From: an uncultured Flavobacteriaceae bacterium
GTDB taxonomy: Bacteria; Bacteroidota; Bacteroidia; Flavobacteriales; Flavobacteriaceae
Direction: 5' to 3'
Length of the DNA stretch: 64,000 nt
Assembly: GCA_963805885.1 (NCBI GenBank)
Contig: CAWDWC010000007.1
Coordinates: 16,732-80,731 of the forward strand
Shown here piece after piece: positions 40,472-51,005 of the stretch. The translations under genes and the position numbers were made by a program. Position 1 is the stretch's first letter. The number at the start of each line of letters is the position of its first letter. Below the pieces are notes generated by a model that was not told the origin of the DNA, searched no databases, and saw nothing but the letters and a program-made list of their open reading frames with translations.

Positions 40472-41374
40472 ATGAAAAAAAATATTCTACTTATAGTTTT
40501 AGTCTTTCAAAATTTTCTGAATTATTCACAAGACATTAAATTTATAGCGCTTCCAGGCTCAAAAATTCATTATCAAACCTTTGGTAAAGGAAACCCAATT
40601 TTAATCCTTAACGGTGGGCCGGGTATGAGCAGTGAAGGTTTTGTAACCCTTGCAAAGGAACTATCAATAAATAACCAAACAATTATTTACGACCAACGCG
40701 GTACTGGGCTATCCACACTGGACGAAATAGACGGATCTACCGTTACAATGGATTTGATGGCAGAAGACATAGAAACGCTCCGCAAGCACCTTAAAATTGA
40801 GAAATGGATAGTCATGGGACATTCTTTTGGGGGGATGCTTGCTTATTATTATGCTTCAAAATACCCCAATCGCGTAAAGGGAATGATTCAATCATCTTCT
40901 GGGGGTATGGATTTAAAGTTACTTTCTTCAATAAATATTACGGATAGACTGCCCCAAAAAGAACGGGATTCGCTCAGCTTTTACAATCAAAAGATATCTC
41001 AGGGAGATACTACTTATCAAACCCGCTTGAAAAGGGGCCAATTTCTTGCACCTGCCTATCTGTACAATAAAAAATATGCGCCCATCGTCGCAGAAAGATT
41101 AACACAAGGAAACAGCCAAATCAATAATCTTGTTTGGGCAAATCTTCAGGCTATATCTTTTGATGTGAAGGAGACCATGAAAACATTTAAAAAACCGGTT
41201 TTAATATTGCAGGGTGCAGATGACATCGTAAATATGGCCATTGCAAAAACTGCACATAAGATCTTACCTAATTCAAAGTTGATAGTTTTGGAAGAGTGCA
41301 GTCATTACGGCTGGTTGGAACAAAAGGAGAAATATTACAGTGAGATCGAAAATTTTGTTCAAGCTATAGCGTAA
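40472..41374 (+). CDS. Exported alpha/beta hydrolase, proline iminopeptidase-like
   Basis: Signal peptide; NGGPG, YDQRGTG.S, GHSFGG nucleophile elbow, G.DD and C.HY.W.E. Confidence 0.85.
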   Translation: MKKNILLIVLVFQNFLNYSQDIKFIALPGSKIHYQTFGKGNPILILNGGPGMSSEGFVTLAKELSINNQTIIYDQRGTGLSTLDEIDGSTVTMDLMAEDIETLRKHLKIEKWIVMGHSFGGMLAYYYASKYPNRVKGMIQSSSGGMDLKLLSSINITDRLPQKERDSLSFYNQKISQGDTTYQTRLKRGQFLAPAYLYNKKYAPIVAERLTQGNSQINNLVWANLQAISFDVKETMKTFKKPVLILQGADDIVNMAIAKTAHKILPNSKLIVLEECSHYGWLEQKEKYYSEIENFVQAIA

Positions 41375-41471
41375 GGTATAAAATTGTGAAAAAGTAAACT
41401 TTTATAATTGTAAACCCTTCCCAAAAAGATTCTTTTCAATTTTATGTTTCAGAATTCTAAAAACATAAATC

Positions 41472-42602
41472 ATGAAAAGTTCAAAACTACTCATTTCATT
41501 TTGCCTCATTTTTTTGACAACTATTTTATCTGCCCAAAATACTTTTATCTATGTAAGTGATGCAGGAAATTTCAACAATCCACCTTGGCAGATATTAAAA
41601 TACAATTTAGACGGAAGCAATCCCCAAGTTTTTATTGACAACTCCTTTTTTACTGGTGAAGGTATTGGCTGGCCACAGGACATTCTTTTTTTGGAAGATC
41701 AAAACGCAGTTCTCATTTCGAATTTGGTAGGAAACAGAATTACAAAACACGATGCCAATACCGGCGCATATATTGAAGATTTCGCCACTGTTTCCGGCGG
41801 GCCAACCCGGATGAAGATTGGACCCGATAATTTATTATATGTGCTTCAATGGAGTAATGCTGACAATAAGGTAAAACGATATCAACTTGATGGAACTTTT
41901 GTTGACGAATTTACCAGTGTAGGGGTTGTACAAAGCATTGGTATGGATTGGGATAGTGCGGGGAATTTTTATGTTTCCTCTTATGGTGGTAGTACTATAA
42001 GAAAATTTGACTCTTCTGGAAATGACCAAGGAATTTTTATTGATATGCAGTTGGCTGGCCCCACAAATATTATGTTTGAAACTAATGGAAATATTTTGGT
42101 TTTGAATTGGAATGCAGGAAATGTTCAACGCTTTGATTCCGCAGGAAACCATATAGAAACTTTTACTACCTCAGTGACCCAGCCAGAAGGAATTGCAAAA
42201 CATCCTGTGAACGGCAATTATTTTATAGGAAATGGTGGTGCGGGCCAAGTAGACCAATTTCAACCCGACGGGACATTTGTAGAAAGTACAATCCCAAGTG
42301 GATCCGGTGGCTTAATACAGCCCAATGCTGTTGTAATAAGGGATGCCTCACTTTCGGTTAAAGATCAAAATTCCCTGAAAAGTTTTTTAACCCCCTCTTA
42401 TGGTTCAGAGTTCTTTTTGAATAATTTTGAAATTAAGGGTGTGGATTATCTGGATGTATATACTATTCTTGGCAAAAAAGTAGATACAATTTACCCAAAC
42501 CAAAAAAGTTGGAGTGCAACTAATTTAAGCGAAGGTGTTTATTTTATAATCACTTCAATTCAGGGCCGAAAATTTCATCAAAAAATTGTCGTAAAAAAAT
42601 GA
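41472..42602 (+). CDS. T9SS-secreted beta-propeller protein (NHL/Vgb-like)
   Basis: Signal peptide; repeated propeller blades (GPT.., V.RY..DG.F..); CTD VYTILGK..LSEGVYFI..KIVVKK. Confidence 0.8.
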   Translation: MKSSKLLISFCLIFLTTILSAQNTFIYVSDAGNFNNPPWQILKYNLDGSNPQVFIDNSFFTGEGIGWPQDILFLEDQNAVLISNLVGNRITKHDANTGAYIEDFATVSGGPTRMKIGPDNLLYVLQWSNADNKVKRYQLDGTFVDEFTSVGVVQSIGMDWDSAGNFYVSSYGGSTIRKFDSSGNDQGIFIDMQLAGPTNIMFETNGNILVLNWNAGNVQRFDSAGNHIETFTTSVTQPEGIAKHPVNGNYFIGNGGAGQVDQFQPDGTFVESTIPSGSGGLIQPNAVVIRDASLSVKDQNSLKSFLTPSYGSEFFLNNFEIKGVDYLDVYTILGKKVDTIYPNQKSWSATNLSEGVYFIITSIQGRKFHQKIVVKK

Positions 42603-42683
42603 ATTGATATTTCCGTATATATACATATACTTGTACATTGAAATAGCTGTCGGTCTTTGCTTATCTTTGTGAAAAAATAAATC

Positions 42684-43667
42684 TTGGTTACGGAAACAGA
42701 AGTAATTATTATTGGTGCAGGCCCTATAGGTATAGCGTGCGCCTTGGAGTGTAAAAAGAAAGGCCTTGATTATATTGTGGTTGAAAAAGGCACCTTGACT
42801 AATTCGCTATATAACTATCCGCTCAATATGACCTTTTTTTCAACTTCGGAAAAACTGGAGATTGATAAGATTCCTTTTATAAGCAACAATCCAAAACCCA
42901 CGAGAAATGAAGCATTGGAATATTATCGCCGAGTTGCCACTTCCAATAAACTTAAAATTAATTTATACGAAACAATTCTTTCAGTTAAAAAAACTGAGCG
43001 TTATTTCGAAATTATTTCAGAAAAAAATAATTACAAAGCAAAAAACATTATTGTAAGCACTGGTTTTTATGACATCCCGAAAATGCTTAATGTTCCGGGT
43101 GAGTCATTGTCAAAAGTGATGCATTATTATAAGGAAGCGCACCCGTTTGTAATGCAAAAAGTTGTGGTAGTTGGCGCAAGTAATTCTTCAGTAGATGCAG
43201 CACTTGAAATTTGGCGGAAAGGTGGCGATGTAACCATGGTTATTCGTGGTCCAGAAATTGGGGAGCGAGTTAAATATTGGGTAAAGCCAGATATAGAAAA
43301 CCGAATAAAAGAAGGTAGTATAAAGGCATATTTTAATTCTGAAATTGAAAGCATTTCAGAAACCGAAGTTTTGATAAGGACCCCAAAAGGCACAGAAATA
43401 TTAGAGAATAATTTCGTTATTGCACTCACTGGCTATAAGCCAAACTTTAATTTTCTAAAAAGTTTGGGAGTCCAACTTTCTGAAGATGGGAATTGCTTTC
43501 CAAAATACAATGCCAAAACTATGGAAACAAATGTGGAGGGCATTTACTTGGCAGGTGTAATTTGTGGCGGTATGGAGACCCACAAATGGTTTATTGAAAA
43601 CTCTCGGATCCATTCTAAAATTATCGCAGAGAACATTTCACAAAAAATCAATACCCTGCAAAATTAA
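42684..43667 (+). CDS. ypdA: YpdA-family flavoprotein, putative bacillithiol disulfide reductase
   Basis: IIGAGPIG, FFSTSEKLEI, EALEYYR, HYYKEAHP, KYWVKPD and FIENSR.H; TATCTTTG promoter at 42662-42669. Confidence 0.9.
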   Translation: MVTETEVIIIGAGPIGIACALECKKKGLDYIVVEKGTLTNSLYNYPLNMTFFSTSEKLEIDKIPFISNNPKPTRNEALEYYRRVATSNKLKINLYETILSVKKTERYFEIISEKNNYKAKNIIVSTGFYDIPKMLNVPGESLSKVMHYYKEAHPFVMQKVVVVGASNSSVDAALEIWRKGGDVTMVIRGPEIGERVKYWVKPDIENRIKEGSIKAYFNSEIESISETEVLIRTPKGTEILENNFVIALTGYKPNFNFLKSLGVQLSEDGNCFPKYNAKTMETNVEGIYLAGVICGGMETHKWFIENSRIHSKIIAENISQKINTLQN

Positions 43668-44484
43668 AATTTAGCAACTTCTTTGTGTAATCATACAGCT
43701 TTGGAAAAATTGCTTTAAAATCTTCTGGTGATTCAAAAAAATATTCGGCAAGCACAGCCATAAATTCATATTGATTTGTAAAGGCATAAGCGCGAAAATA
43801 CACTGTTTTATCCAATTGGTCTTTTACATCTTGCCGGGTAAGCTGCTTCAGTATGTTTTGAAATTGTTTCGTAAAACGAGCTGAATCCAAATCTCTTGAC
43901 TTTTTAGCCTCTAATTGCATGGCATGCATAAACTCATGAATTCCCACATTAAGGTTGTTATTGTCTATTTGAAACCCCTCTTCAAAATCTTTCCAGGAAA
44001 GCACCAATGCTTTCTCTTTAGGGTTAAATTCACCCTTGTGGTAATTATTGTTTACAGTGCTGTAAAATTCAGTTGGATATATAAGAATGAACTTAATCAA
44101 AGAGTAGGTATAATTTTTCCTACCAAAACTTAACATGCAAGCAATAGCAGCAATCAAAACTTGCATTTTATCTGTTACATTTATTTCACCCCTTCCAATA
44201 AATTCTTTTTCAGAAAGAAATTGGGAGATTCTATGCTGAAATTGTCTTTTATGTTTCTCTGAAAGTTTGTTATAAAAACTAAAATCACTTTTAAGAATTG
44301 CCGTTTGTGAAGGTAATAACTTTTTATAAACGAAATATTGTCTAAAAAGGGGTCTATCAAAATTTGCAGCATACAAGTTTTCAAAAACCCTGAACAAAAA
44401 GAAAGCAAAGCCAAGCAAAACGATACTGTATGCATAAGGTATGAGCCAAGGGGCGTAAGCTTCAGATTGAAGAAATAGCGGCAT
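43648..44484 (-). CDS. Zinc-dependent peptidase, MtfA/M90-like
   Basis: ILIYP..F, H.GE, LSW, NVGIHEFMH and YA.TN..EFMAV..EYFFE.P motifs; N-terminal TM helix. Confidence 0.85.
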   Translation of the reverse strand: MPLFLQSEAYAPWLIPYAYSIVLLGFAFFLFRVFENLYAANFDRPLFRQYFVYKKLLPSQTAILKSDFSFYNKLSEKHKRQFQHRISQFLSEKEFIGRGEINVTDKMQVLIAAIACMLSFGRKNYTYSLIKFILIYPTEFYSTVNNNYHKGEFNPKEKALVLSWKDFEEGFQIDNNNLNVGIHEFMHAMQLEAKKSRDLDSARFTKQFQNILKQLTRQDVKDQLDKTVYFRAYAFTNQYEFMAVLAEYFFESPEDFKAIFPKLYDYTKKLLNFNFAGY

Positions 44485-44560
44485 TCTTTAAATTAGGCAT
44501 ATAGGTTTGAAATAAGTATAACGTTTTTAGATATCTATTATTTTTTCAAAGTGAAATAAA

Positions 44561-44592
44561 AAAAATCCTCAGTATTTCTACTGAGGATTTTT
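44561..44592 (-). terminator. Intrinsic terminator after susD
   Basis: AAAAATCCTCAGTA-tttc-TACTGAGGATTTTT. Confidence 0.85.
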
Positions 44593-44616
44593 ATTTATTA
44601 TAAAAATTTCTATTTT

Positions 44617-46073
44617 TTAGAAATCAAAAGTATAAAACTTATCCCAGAATAATTGAGTTTCTGGAGCATCACCACCAATTGCACTAGAAGCAGCTGCATA
44701 GTTTGAACCATTAAGCGTTTGCTCTCCAACTGGATAGTTGTATCGCACTGGGAAGCCTGACTGAGCATCTGTTGGTTGAACTAAAATTGGATAATCCAAA
44801 CGACGAACAGAAAGATAGCTAGCAAAAGTTCTGTTATACAGTCCTAAATACGCTTGGGTACCAATTACTTGTTTCCAAGCAGGAGTAGAAGTACTTGCTG
44901 CCAATGCAGTTGTATAGTCAACTCCAGTTGTCCCAAGATATGCAGTAGGATCACCTGCGTTCCAATAAGCAAAAGAAGCAGTAATACCAGCCACATAATG
45001 GCTCTCTGCACTTCCACCAACTGAATAACCTCTTGCAGCAGCTTCAGCCATCAAAAATTCGGCTTCAACATATGAAAGAATTACACCAGGCTCAGTAGGA
45101 TCAACAATACGGTCAGCTACGTGAGAGTAGTTAAAGTAAGTTGAAGGTGTTCCTATCTCTCCACCTAAGTATTCACCATCAATAGTTGTAAAGTAAGAAG
45201 CTCTACGAGGATCATCTAAACCATTCATAATATCAACAATAGTTGCTCCAGCAACATAGTCATTACGTCCACTTAACACCAAGTTGTTATTCATTGGGTT
45301 ATTGTTTGGTGCATTAGCAGAATATTGGTAGCTACCATTATCTGCATTGCTTGAAAACACTCCTGAAGATACAGCAGACTCAACAGTTGATTGAGATAAC
45401 CAGCATCAACATCAGCAAGCATGATACCCATTCTAAGTTTCAGGGTATTTGCAAACATTTTCCATCCAGCAACATTTCCATTGTACATTAAGATCTTCAG
45501 TAGAACTAAAACTTCCATTTCCAGTATTCATACTGTTAATAGCAGCACTTAAACGAGAAATCAAATCTTTGTAAATAGTAAGTCCATCATCATATTTAGG
45601 CAAAAGGTTATCAATATCCAATGCTTCTGAGTAAGGAACATCACCATAAGTTTCAACTAAATTACTGAACGCATAAACATTTAAAACTTCAATGATTGCA
45701 AGTTTATTTGGCTTTAGATCATTTGTAATTGGGTTATCTGTAGCTGAAATAATAATTGCAGCTTCCTTTAAATCTCTTAAGACATCTCTGTACATTTCTC
45801 TCCAGTGATTATCCGGAATAGGACGTGTAGTTTGATCGTATTACTTTCATCCGTATAAGTAGTTTCCTGCAATTGTTGCGTCCATAACCTTAAGTTATTA
45901 AGGTTAACGTTAGGAGTAACTACTTGATCAGCAAGTTGCTTTTGGGCAGAAGAAAATAAACTTTCACCACTTACCGAAGTTGGGTCTTTTATATTTTGGT
46001 TCAGATCCTCAAGGTTATCTGAACACGACACGGCCAAAACTGCCGCTGTTAAAATTAAAATCAGTTTCTTCAT
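44617..46073 (-). CDS. SusD/RagB-family lipoprotein (apparent frameshifts)
   Basis: Lipobox AVSC; YGDVPYSEAL; W.MFANTLKLR; DPR; SY.E..F..AEAA.RG; RRLDYP; P.RY.YP..E; spread over four ORF fragments. Confidence 0.88.
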
Positions 46074-46085
46074 TTTTCTATGTTA

Positions 46086-49000
46086 TTAAAATTGTGCTTT
46101 AATGTTAAACCCATAATCTTGGGTAGTTGGCAATGCACCAGTACTATATCCTTGCAAGTTACCTGAGCTCAAACCTGATTCAGGATCAGCATATGGCAAA
46201 TTCTTGTCGATAATCCAAAGATTAGAACCTGTAACACTAAACTGAAATCCAGTCATAAAAGTATTATCCAAGAATCTAGAAGGCATAGTATAAGTAAGGG
46301 ATACTTGACGTAATTTCACATAACTAGCATCATAAACAAAAGCTGAGTTTGGCAAACCTCTTGCATAACCAAAAGCTCCATAGCGATCTGCACGAATACG
46401 GGTTGTGTTTACAGAACCATCAGGATTAACACCTTCGTTGATAAATCCACCACCATCATCAAGAGTATTTCTTACAGGATTTCCAAGGTCATTGATAAAA
46501 GCAGTGTTATCATATAAACCTGTAGCTTGTCCATAATATTGATCCAGAGAGAAAATGCTTCCTCCTTGTTGAACATCAATCAAGGAAACTAAAGGATAAA
46601 TCTTTATAAGTAACAGTGTTTGTAATACCAGCCAACCAATCTGGATTGGTGTCTCCAATTACATTGTTTGAAGTAGCGGTAGAATGTATTGTCCGTTTGC
46701 TGGATCAACTACTCTTTGACCATTTAAGTACGTATAATCTGTACCGTAAATTACACCATAAGGCTCACCCAAAACTGCGTTGATAGTAACACCACCTTGG
46801 AAGCTACCCAATTGAAGTGTTTCGATTCCTTCTGGCAAGCTGCAATACCTCACTTTTGTTTTGAGACCAGTTTAGCATTCAATCCCCAAGCTAAAATTAT
46901 CATTTTTAACTGGCATAGCGTTCAAAGAAACCTCAATACCTTTGTTTTCAATTTCACCAGCATTTAACAATTTACCAGTATATCCAGTAGCAGCTGAAAT
47001 GGGCACTGTAACAATTTGGTCAATAGAGTTTGATTTGTAGTAAGCTACATCAAAACCAAGTCTGTTATTGGCAAATTTCATTTCAAGACCTGCCTCATAA
47101 CTTTTTGTTGTTTCTGGCTTTAAATTCTGGATTGTTTCTTAGTATTTGGAACAGAAGTACCTATATCATTATTGATCACATAAGTATCATACCAATCTAT
47201 CAAATGGTGCACCGTTACCTACTTCAGCATAGTTTAATCTTAATTTACCAAAAGTAATAGCATTTACGTTCAATCAATTTACTGAATACAAAACTGGTAG
47301 ATACAGATGGATAATAGAAAGAACTGTTATCTTCAGGCAACGTAGAGAAATGATCTCTTCTGATTGTTCCATCAACATATACAATATTTCCAAATCCAAA
47401 AGAGGCACTTGCATAAACACCATCAACACCAATTTTTTCAGCTCTTCAACAGGGTCTTGGAGTGGAGAAGCACTGTTTTGCAACGAATATAAACCAGGAA
47501 CCACTAAACCTCCAGCTGTTGAAGTGCTAATGAGAATTATAATTCATTTCTTCTAATGTTCGTACCCAAAATACCTGCAAAGCTAATGCTTTCAGAAAAC
47601 TTGTGTATTGAAGTTAAGCATCAAGTCATAGTTGGTTTCTGAAGCAGTAATATCTCTTCTTAAATACCCTGAATCAACATTTCCTCGGCTGGCGAGGTAC
47701 ACACCAAAAGTTGTTGGTACAGAACCTACAGCTCTGCGCTCTTCTTGTTGCTCACTATAAGTATCTGTAGAAACTCTACCGGTAACATTTAACCAATCTA
47801 GCAATTTATAGTTAAATTCAAAATTACCAATGAAACGACTTCTTCCATCATTTTGATAGTTTTCATAACGAGTCCAATAAGGGTTATCCCAGAAAATTGG
47901 TGCAGAACCAGGCATCAGAATACCTGGGTTCCAAGTTACGTTTCTATGAGTTGCAAAATAAATATCTCTTTGTTGCTTTAATATCTACGTTTGTTTGCCA
48001 CCATTGCTTCATATTACCAACAACGTTATCATTATAACCAGTAGAGTTACGGCCTAATGCATCTGTTTTAATATAATTGGCAAAACCACTACAGTCAATT
48101 TATCAGAAACATCATAAGTACCACTAAAGATAAAGTTATGTCTATCTAACTACTGTTTGGCAAAAATCCTGATTGATCAAGTTTAGTATAAGACAAACGA
48201 TAAGAACCATTTTCCAAACCATTTGAAATTGAAATAGAGTTCGTTAAGGTTATTGGGGTTTCAAAGAAAGTGATTGGACCATTTTCCGCAGAACGCCAAG
48301 GCGTTGCTTTTCTGTAGTTTGGAGAATCTGGATCAAAAGAATCCCATTGATAAACACAGACGGTTTGGATCAAAAGCAGCACCATAAGAAGCATCTTCAG
48401 TATAAGGAGCAACTAAATCATCTATTACCATCACCATTAATATCTTCTAAAACAGTAATTGTCTGGTCCATCATAGTAATCACCATAACCTCCACCATAT
48501 TGATCTTGATATTCAGCAAAAGTGCTCTTATCAATAAAACCAACAGTGGCATTGGAGTTAATAGTAACTCCAACACCTTTGGTTTTTTTACCTTTTTTAG
48601 TTGTAATGATAATAACCCCGTTAGCAGCACGCGAACCGTAAAGTGCAGATGCAGCAGCACCTTTAATACGTTTACAGATTCAATGTCGTCTGGGTTAATA
48701 TCGGAAGCAGCATTACCATAATCATAATAGTTACCAGAAGCTTGACCTTGATTTGCATCGTTGGTGTTTCTGTTACTAATAGGCACACCATCAATAACAA
48801 ACAATGCTTGGTTGTCTCCAGTTAAAGAGGTATTACCTCTAATTACTACGTTGGTAGAACCGCCAAAGTTGTTGTTTCTTCTAATGTTAAGACCAGAAAC
48901 TTTACCCGAAAGGGCGTTTGTAAAGTTGTTCCCTTTAACAGTAGAGATATCCTCACCTTCTACTTCTTGTGTAGAATAACCCAATGATTGTTTTTCACGG

Positions 49001-49335
49001 GAAATACCAAGTGCAGTTACCACTACCTCATCCAATACTGAGCCAGCTTGCATGGTAACATTAATTTTATTTGAGGCCCCAACAGCATTTTCTTGGGTCT
49101 CAAAACCTACATAACTATAAACAAGTGTTTGTCCCTGGGCAGCATCAATGGTATAATTACCATCAAAATCAGACTGCGTTCCGGTACTTGTACCTTTTAT
49201 AATTATGTTAACTCCTGGAAGCGGCAAACCTGTGTCATCGGTTACCATTCCGGAAATCGTTTTTTCTTGTGCAAAAGTGAGCTGCACAATCAACACTAAT
49301 AAAAGTGTTAAAATTCCACTAAACTTTGTTTTCAT
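46086..49335 (-). CDS. SusC/RagA-family TonB-dependent transporter (many apparent frameshifts)
   Basis: CarboxypepD-like N-terminus (LPGVNI.IKGT..GT..DFDGNY); EVVVTALGI; ALSGKVSG; IRG; DINPDDIES; LNAGEIENKGIE; DASYVKLRQ; terminal GFNIKAQF. Confidence 0.9.
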
Positions 49336-49733
49336 TTTTTTGTTTGTTTGAATTAGCACATCAAAAGTGCCAATAAAATCTTACAATTCCAACTTTTAAT
49401 GAAAGTAGATTATTAAAATTTTAACAAAATGTTAAATTAAAAAACAGGGGGTAGCACCCTTTTTTATGTTAATTTTATGCAAACCCTTGATTTCCTTAAG
49501 GTTTCAGGAGGCTTTTTGAAAAACAGAAAGTTTATTAATCGTGAAAAAAAAAACTATTTATTTTCAAACACTTTATCAACAATTGCCCAAACAATACAAA
49601 TAATCGCACTTTTGTTGTTTTAAACGAAGTTTAACAAGGCTAATAAATTTATTGTTAAAGCGTTAATTAATTAGAGAAAGTCAAATAAAATAAGGATAAT
49701 TCAAGAAATTTCCAATTTTTGAAAAGTCATCAA

Positions 49734-50267
49734 TCATTTACTGGAACCTTCACCCTTGAATTGCTGTGAATTATTTTTGAAGAGAACATTAAAAGTAGTC
49801 AAACTCCCGTAGCAACGAGTTATATATTGCTGAAGGTCTATTTTATCCTGTTCAGCCATTTCTTTACTGGCGTTTATTTTTTGTTCCATCACCCTTAGTC
49901 GGTCGCGAAGCATTACTATTTTATGAAAAAAAGTATCAATAGGAATTTCTTTTGAAGCCAAATTTTTATCAGCAGGCTGCAAAACAATATTTCCGCCTTT
50001 CCATTTATCTGCTATAGGAACAATCTCGCTGAAACCGTTCCATTTTTTAAGAATATCACGAAGGCTTTTTTCAACTTCGTAAAAGCTTACAGTGTCCACT
50101 TCGTCTTCGGCTGCGTCAATAATTTCAAAACCATCATCCGTCGCTATAGTTTCCAGTCCGTTTTCAATAAATGTTACCCAATACATTTTTGCCGTAACAT
50201 TTGTAACCACGCCTTTTCCGTATTTTGGATGATCTATACGAGAACCTATTCCTAAAATTTGTTTCAT
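49734..50267 (-). CDS. Hypothetical cytoplasmic protein
   Basis: 177-aa ORF with SH3-like N-terminus (LGIGSRI.HP.YG.GVV) and helical C-terminus (FFHKIVM.RDRLRV.EQ, QQYITR.YGSLTTFN). Confidence 0.8.
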   Translation of the reverse strand: MKQILGIGSRIDHPKYGKGVVTNVTAKMYWVTFIENGLETIATDDGFEIIDAAEDEVDTVSFYEVEKSLRDILKKWNGFSEIVPIADKWKGGNIVLQPADKNLASKEIPIDTFFHKIVMLRDRLRVMEQKINASKEMAEQDKIDLQQYITRCYGSLTTFNVLFKNNSQQFKGEGSSK

Positions 50268-50343
50268 TGTAATTCAGATTTAGTCGGTAAAAATAAATAA
50301 AATGATTTTATACTTTAAAAGTCAAGCGCTCTATTTCTCACAT

Positions 50344-50380
50344 AAAAAAAACCATCCAAATTTTAAATCTGGATGGTTTT
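50344..50380 (-). terminator. Intrinsic terminator downstream of the small ORF
   Basis: AAAAAAACCATCCA-aattttaaatc-TGGATGGTTTTT. Confidence 0.8.
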
Positions 50381-50409
50381 TGAGTCTATCGAAACAGACC
50401 GGCCAAATA

Positions 50410-50514
50410 CTACTTCTTCTTAGGAGCAGTTGGCGAAGCCTTTTTAATATCCTGTTTTTTGGTTTGTGGACCTTTTGCAGGCTGTGGCTTTTTGTTTTGC
50501 GGTTTTTGTGGCAT
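50410..50514 (-). CDS. Putative 34-aa Lys/Pro-rich small protein
   Basis: ATG..TAG ORF MPQKPQNKKPQPAKGPQTKKQDIKKASPTAPKKK, with an A-rich upstream region, promoter-like TACCTTTA (50542-50549, -) and a downstream terminator. Confidence 0.6.
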   Translation of the reverse strand: MPQKPQNKKPQPAKGPQTKKQDIKKASPTAPKKK

Positions 50515-50616
50515 AACAATATATTTTTTAAATTAACAATATAAAGGTAAAAGGTGCCTCTGTTAAATTATCCGCTCCTTGGCTAAAGTTTAACAATAGT
50601 TTTTTTATTGAAAAAA

Positions 50617-50976
50617 TCAATCGTCTTTATGATCATCAATCACCTGCTGATTGCGATATTTACAGCACGGATCAATGTTTTCGTAAACTTCATCTTTGGC
50701 TTTTATATCTTGTGTATCGTGGCCGCTGTCTGCAACACTTTGCTGGATTTTCGTTAAATCCGTTTTCCCCTCATTATAAATTAGATCTAATTGATGCGTA
50801 TCTACATTCCAAATGGCAGACTTTACACCTTTAGCCTGAATGGATGCTTTTTCAATTCGCTGTTTGCACATGCCGCAGACGCCGTCCACTTCTATGGTAG
50901 CCTTGGCATTCTTGTTCTGGGCAAAACCGGTAGCCCCAATTAAGAATATTCCTAAAATTGCAATTATATTTTTCAT
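50617..50976 (-). CDS. Periplasmic heavy-metal-associated (HMA) domain protein
   Basis: Signal peptide GFA-Q; V.GVCGMCK.RIE; C-terminal PCCKYR. Confidence 0.9.
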   Translation of the reverse strand: MKNIIAILGIFLIGATGFAQNKNAKATIEVDGVCGMCKQRIEKASIQAKGVKSAIWNVDTHQLDLIYNEGKTDLTKIQQSVADSGHDTQDIKAKDEVYENIDPCCKYRNQQVIDDHKDD

Positions 50977-51005
50977 AAATTTCAGTTTAACGTTTATTGT
51001 TTAAA

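Noticed and set aside
42684-43667. ypdA as part of the extracellular thiol cluster
   Set aside because: It is a cytoplasmic enzyme 33 kb away with its own housekeeping promoter; nothing in the sequence links it.
50331-50544. ORFs 50331..50519 (-) and 50302..50544 (+) from the track
   Set aside because: Both run through the terminator hairpin; the 34-aa ATG ORF at 50410-50514 fits the promoter and terminator layout better.
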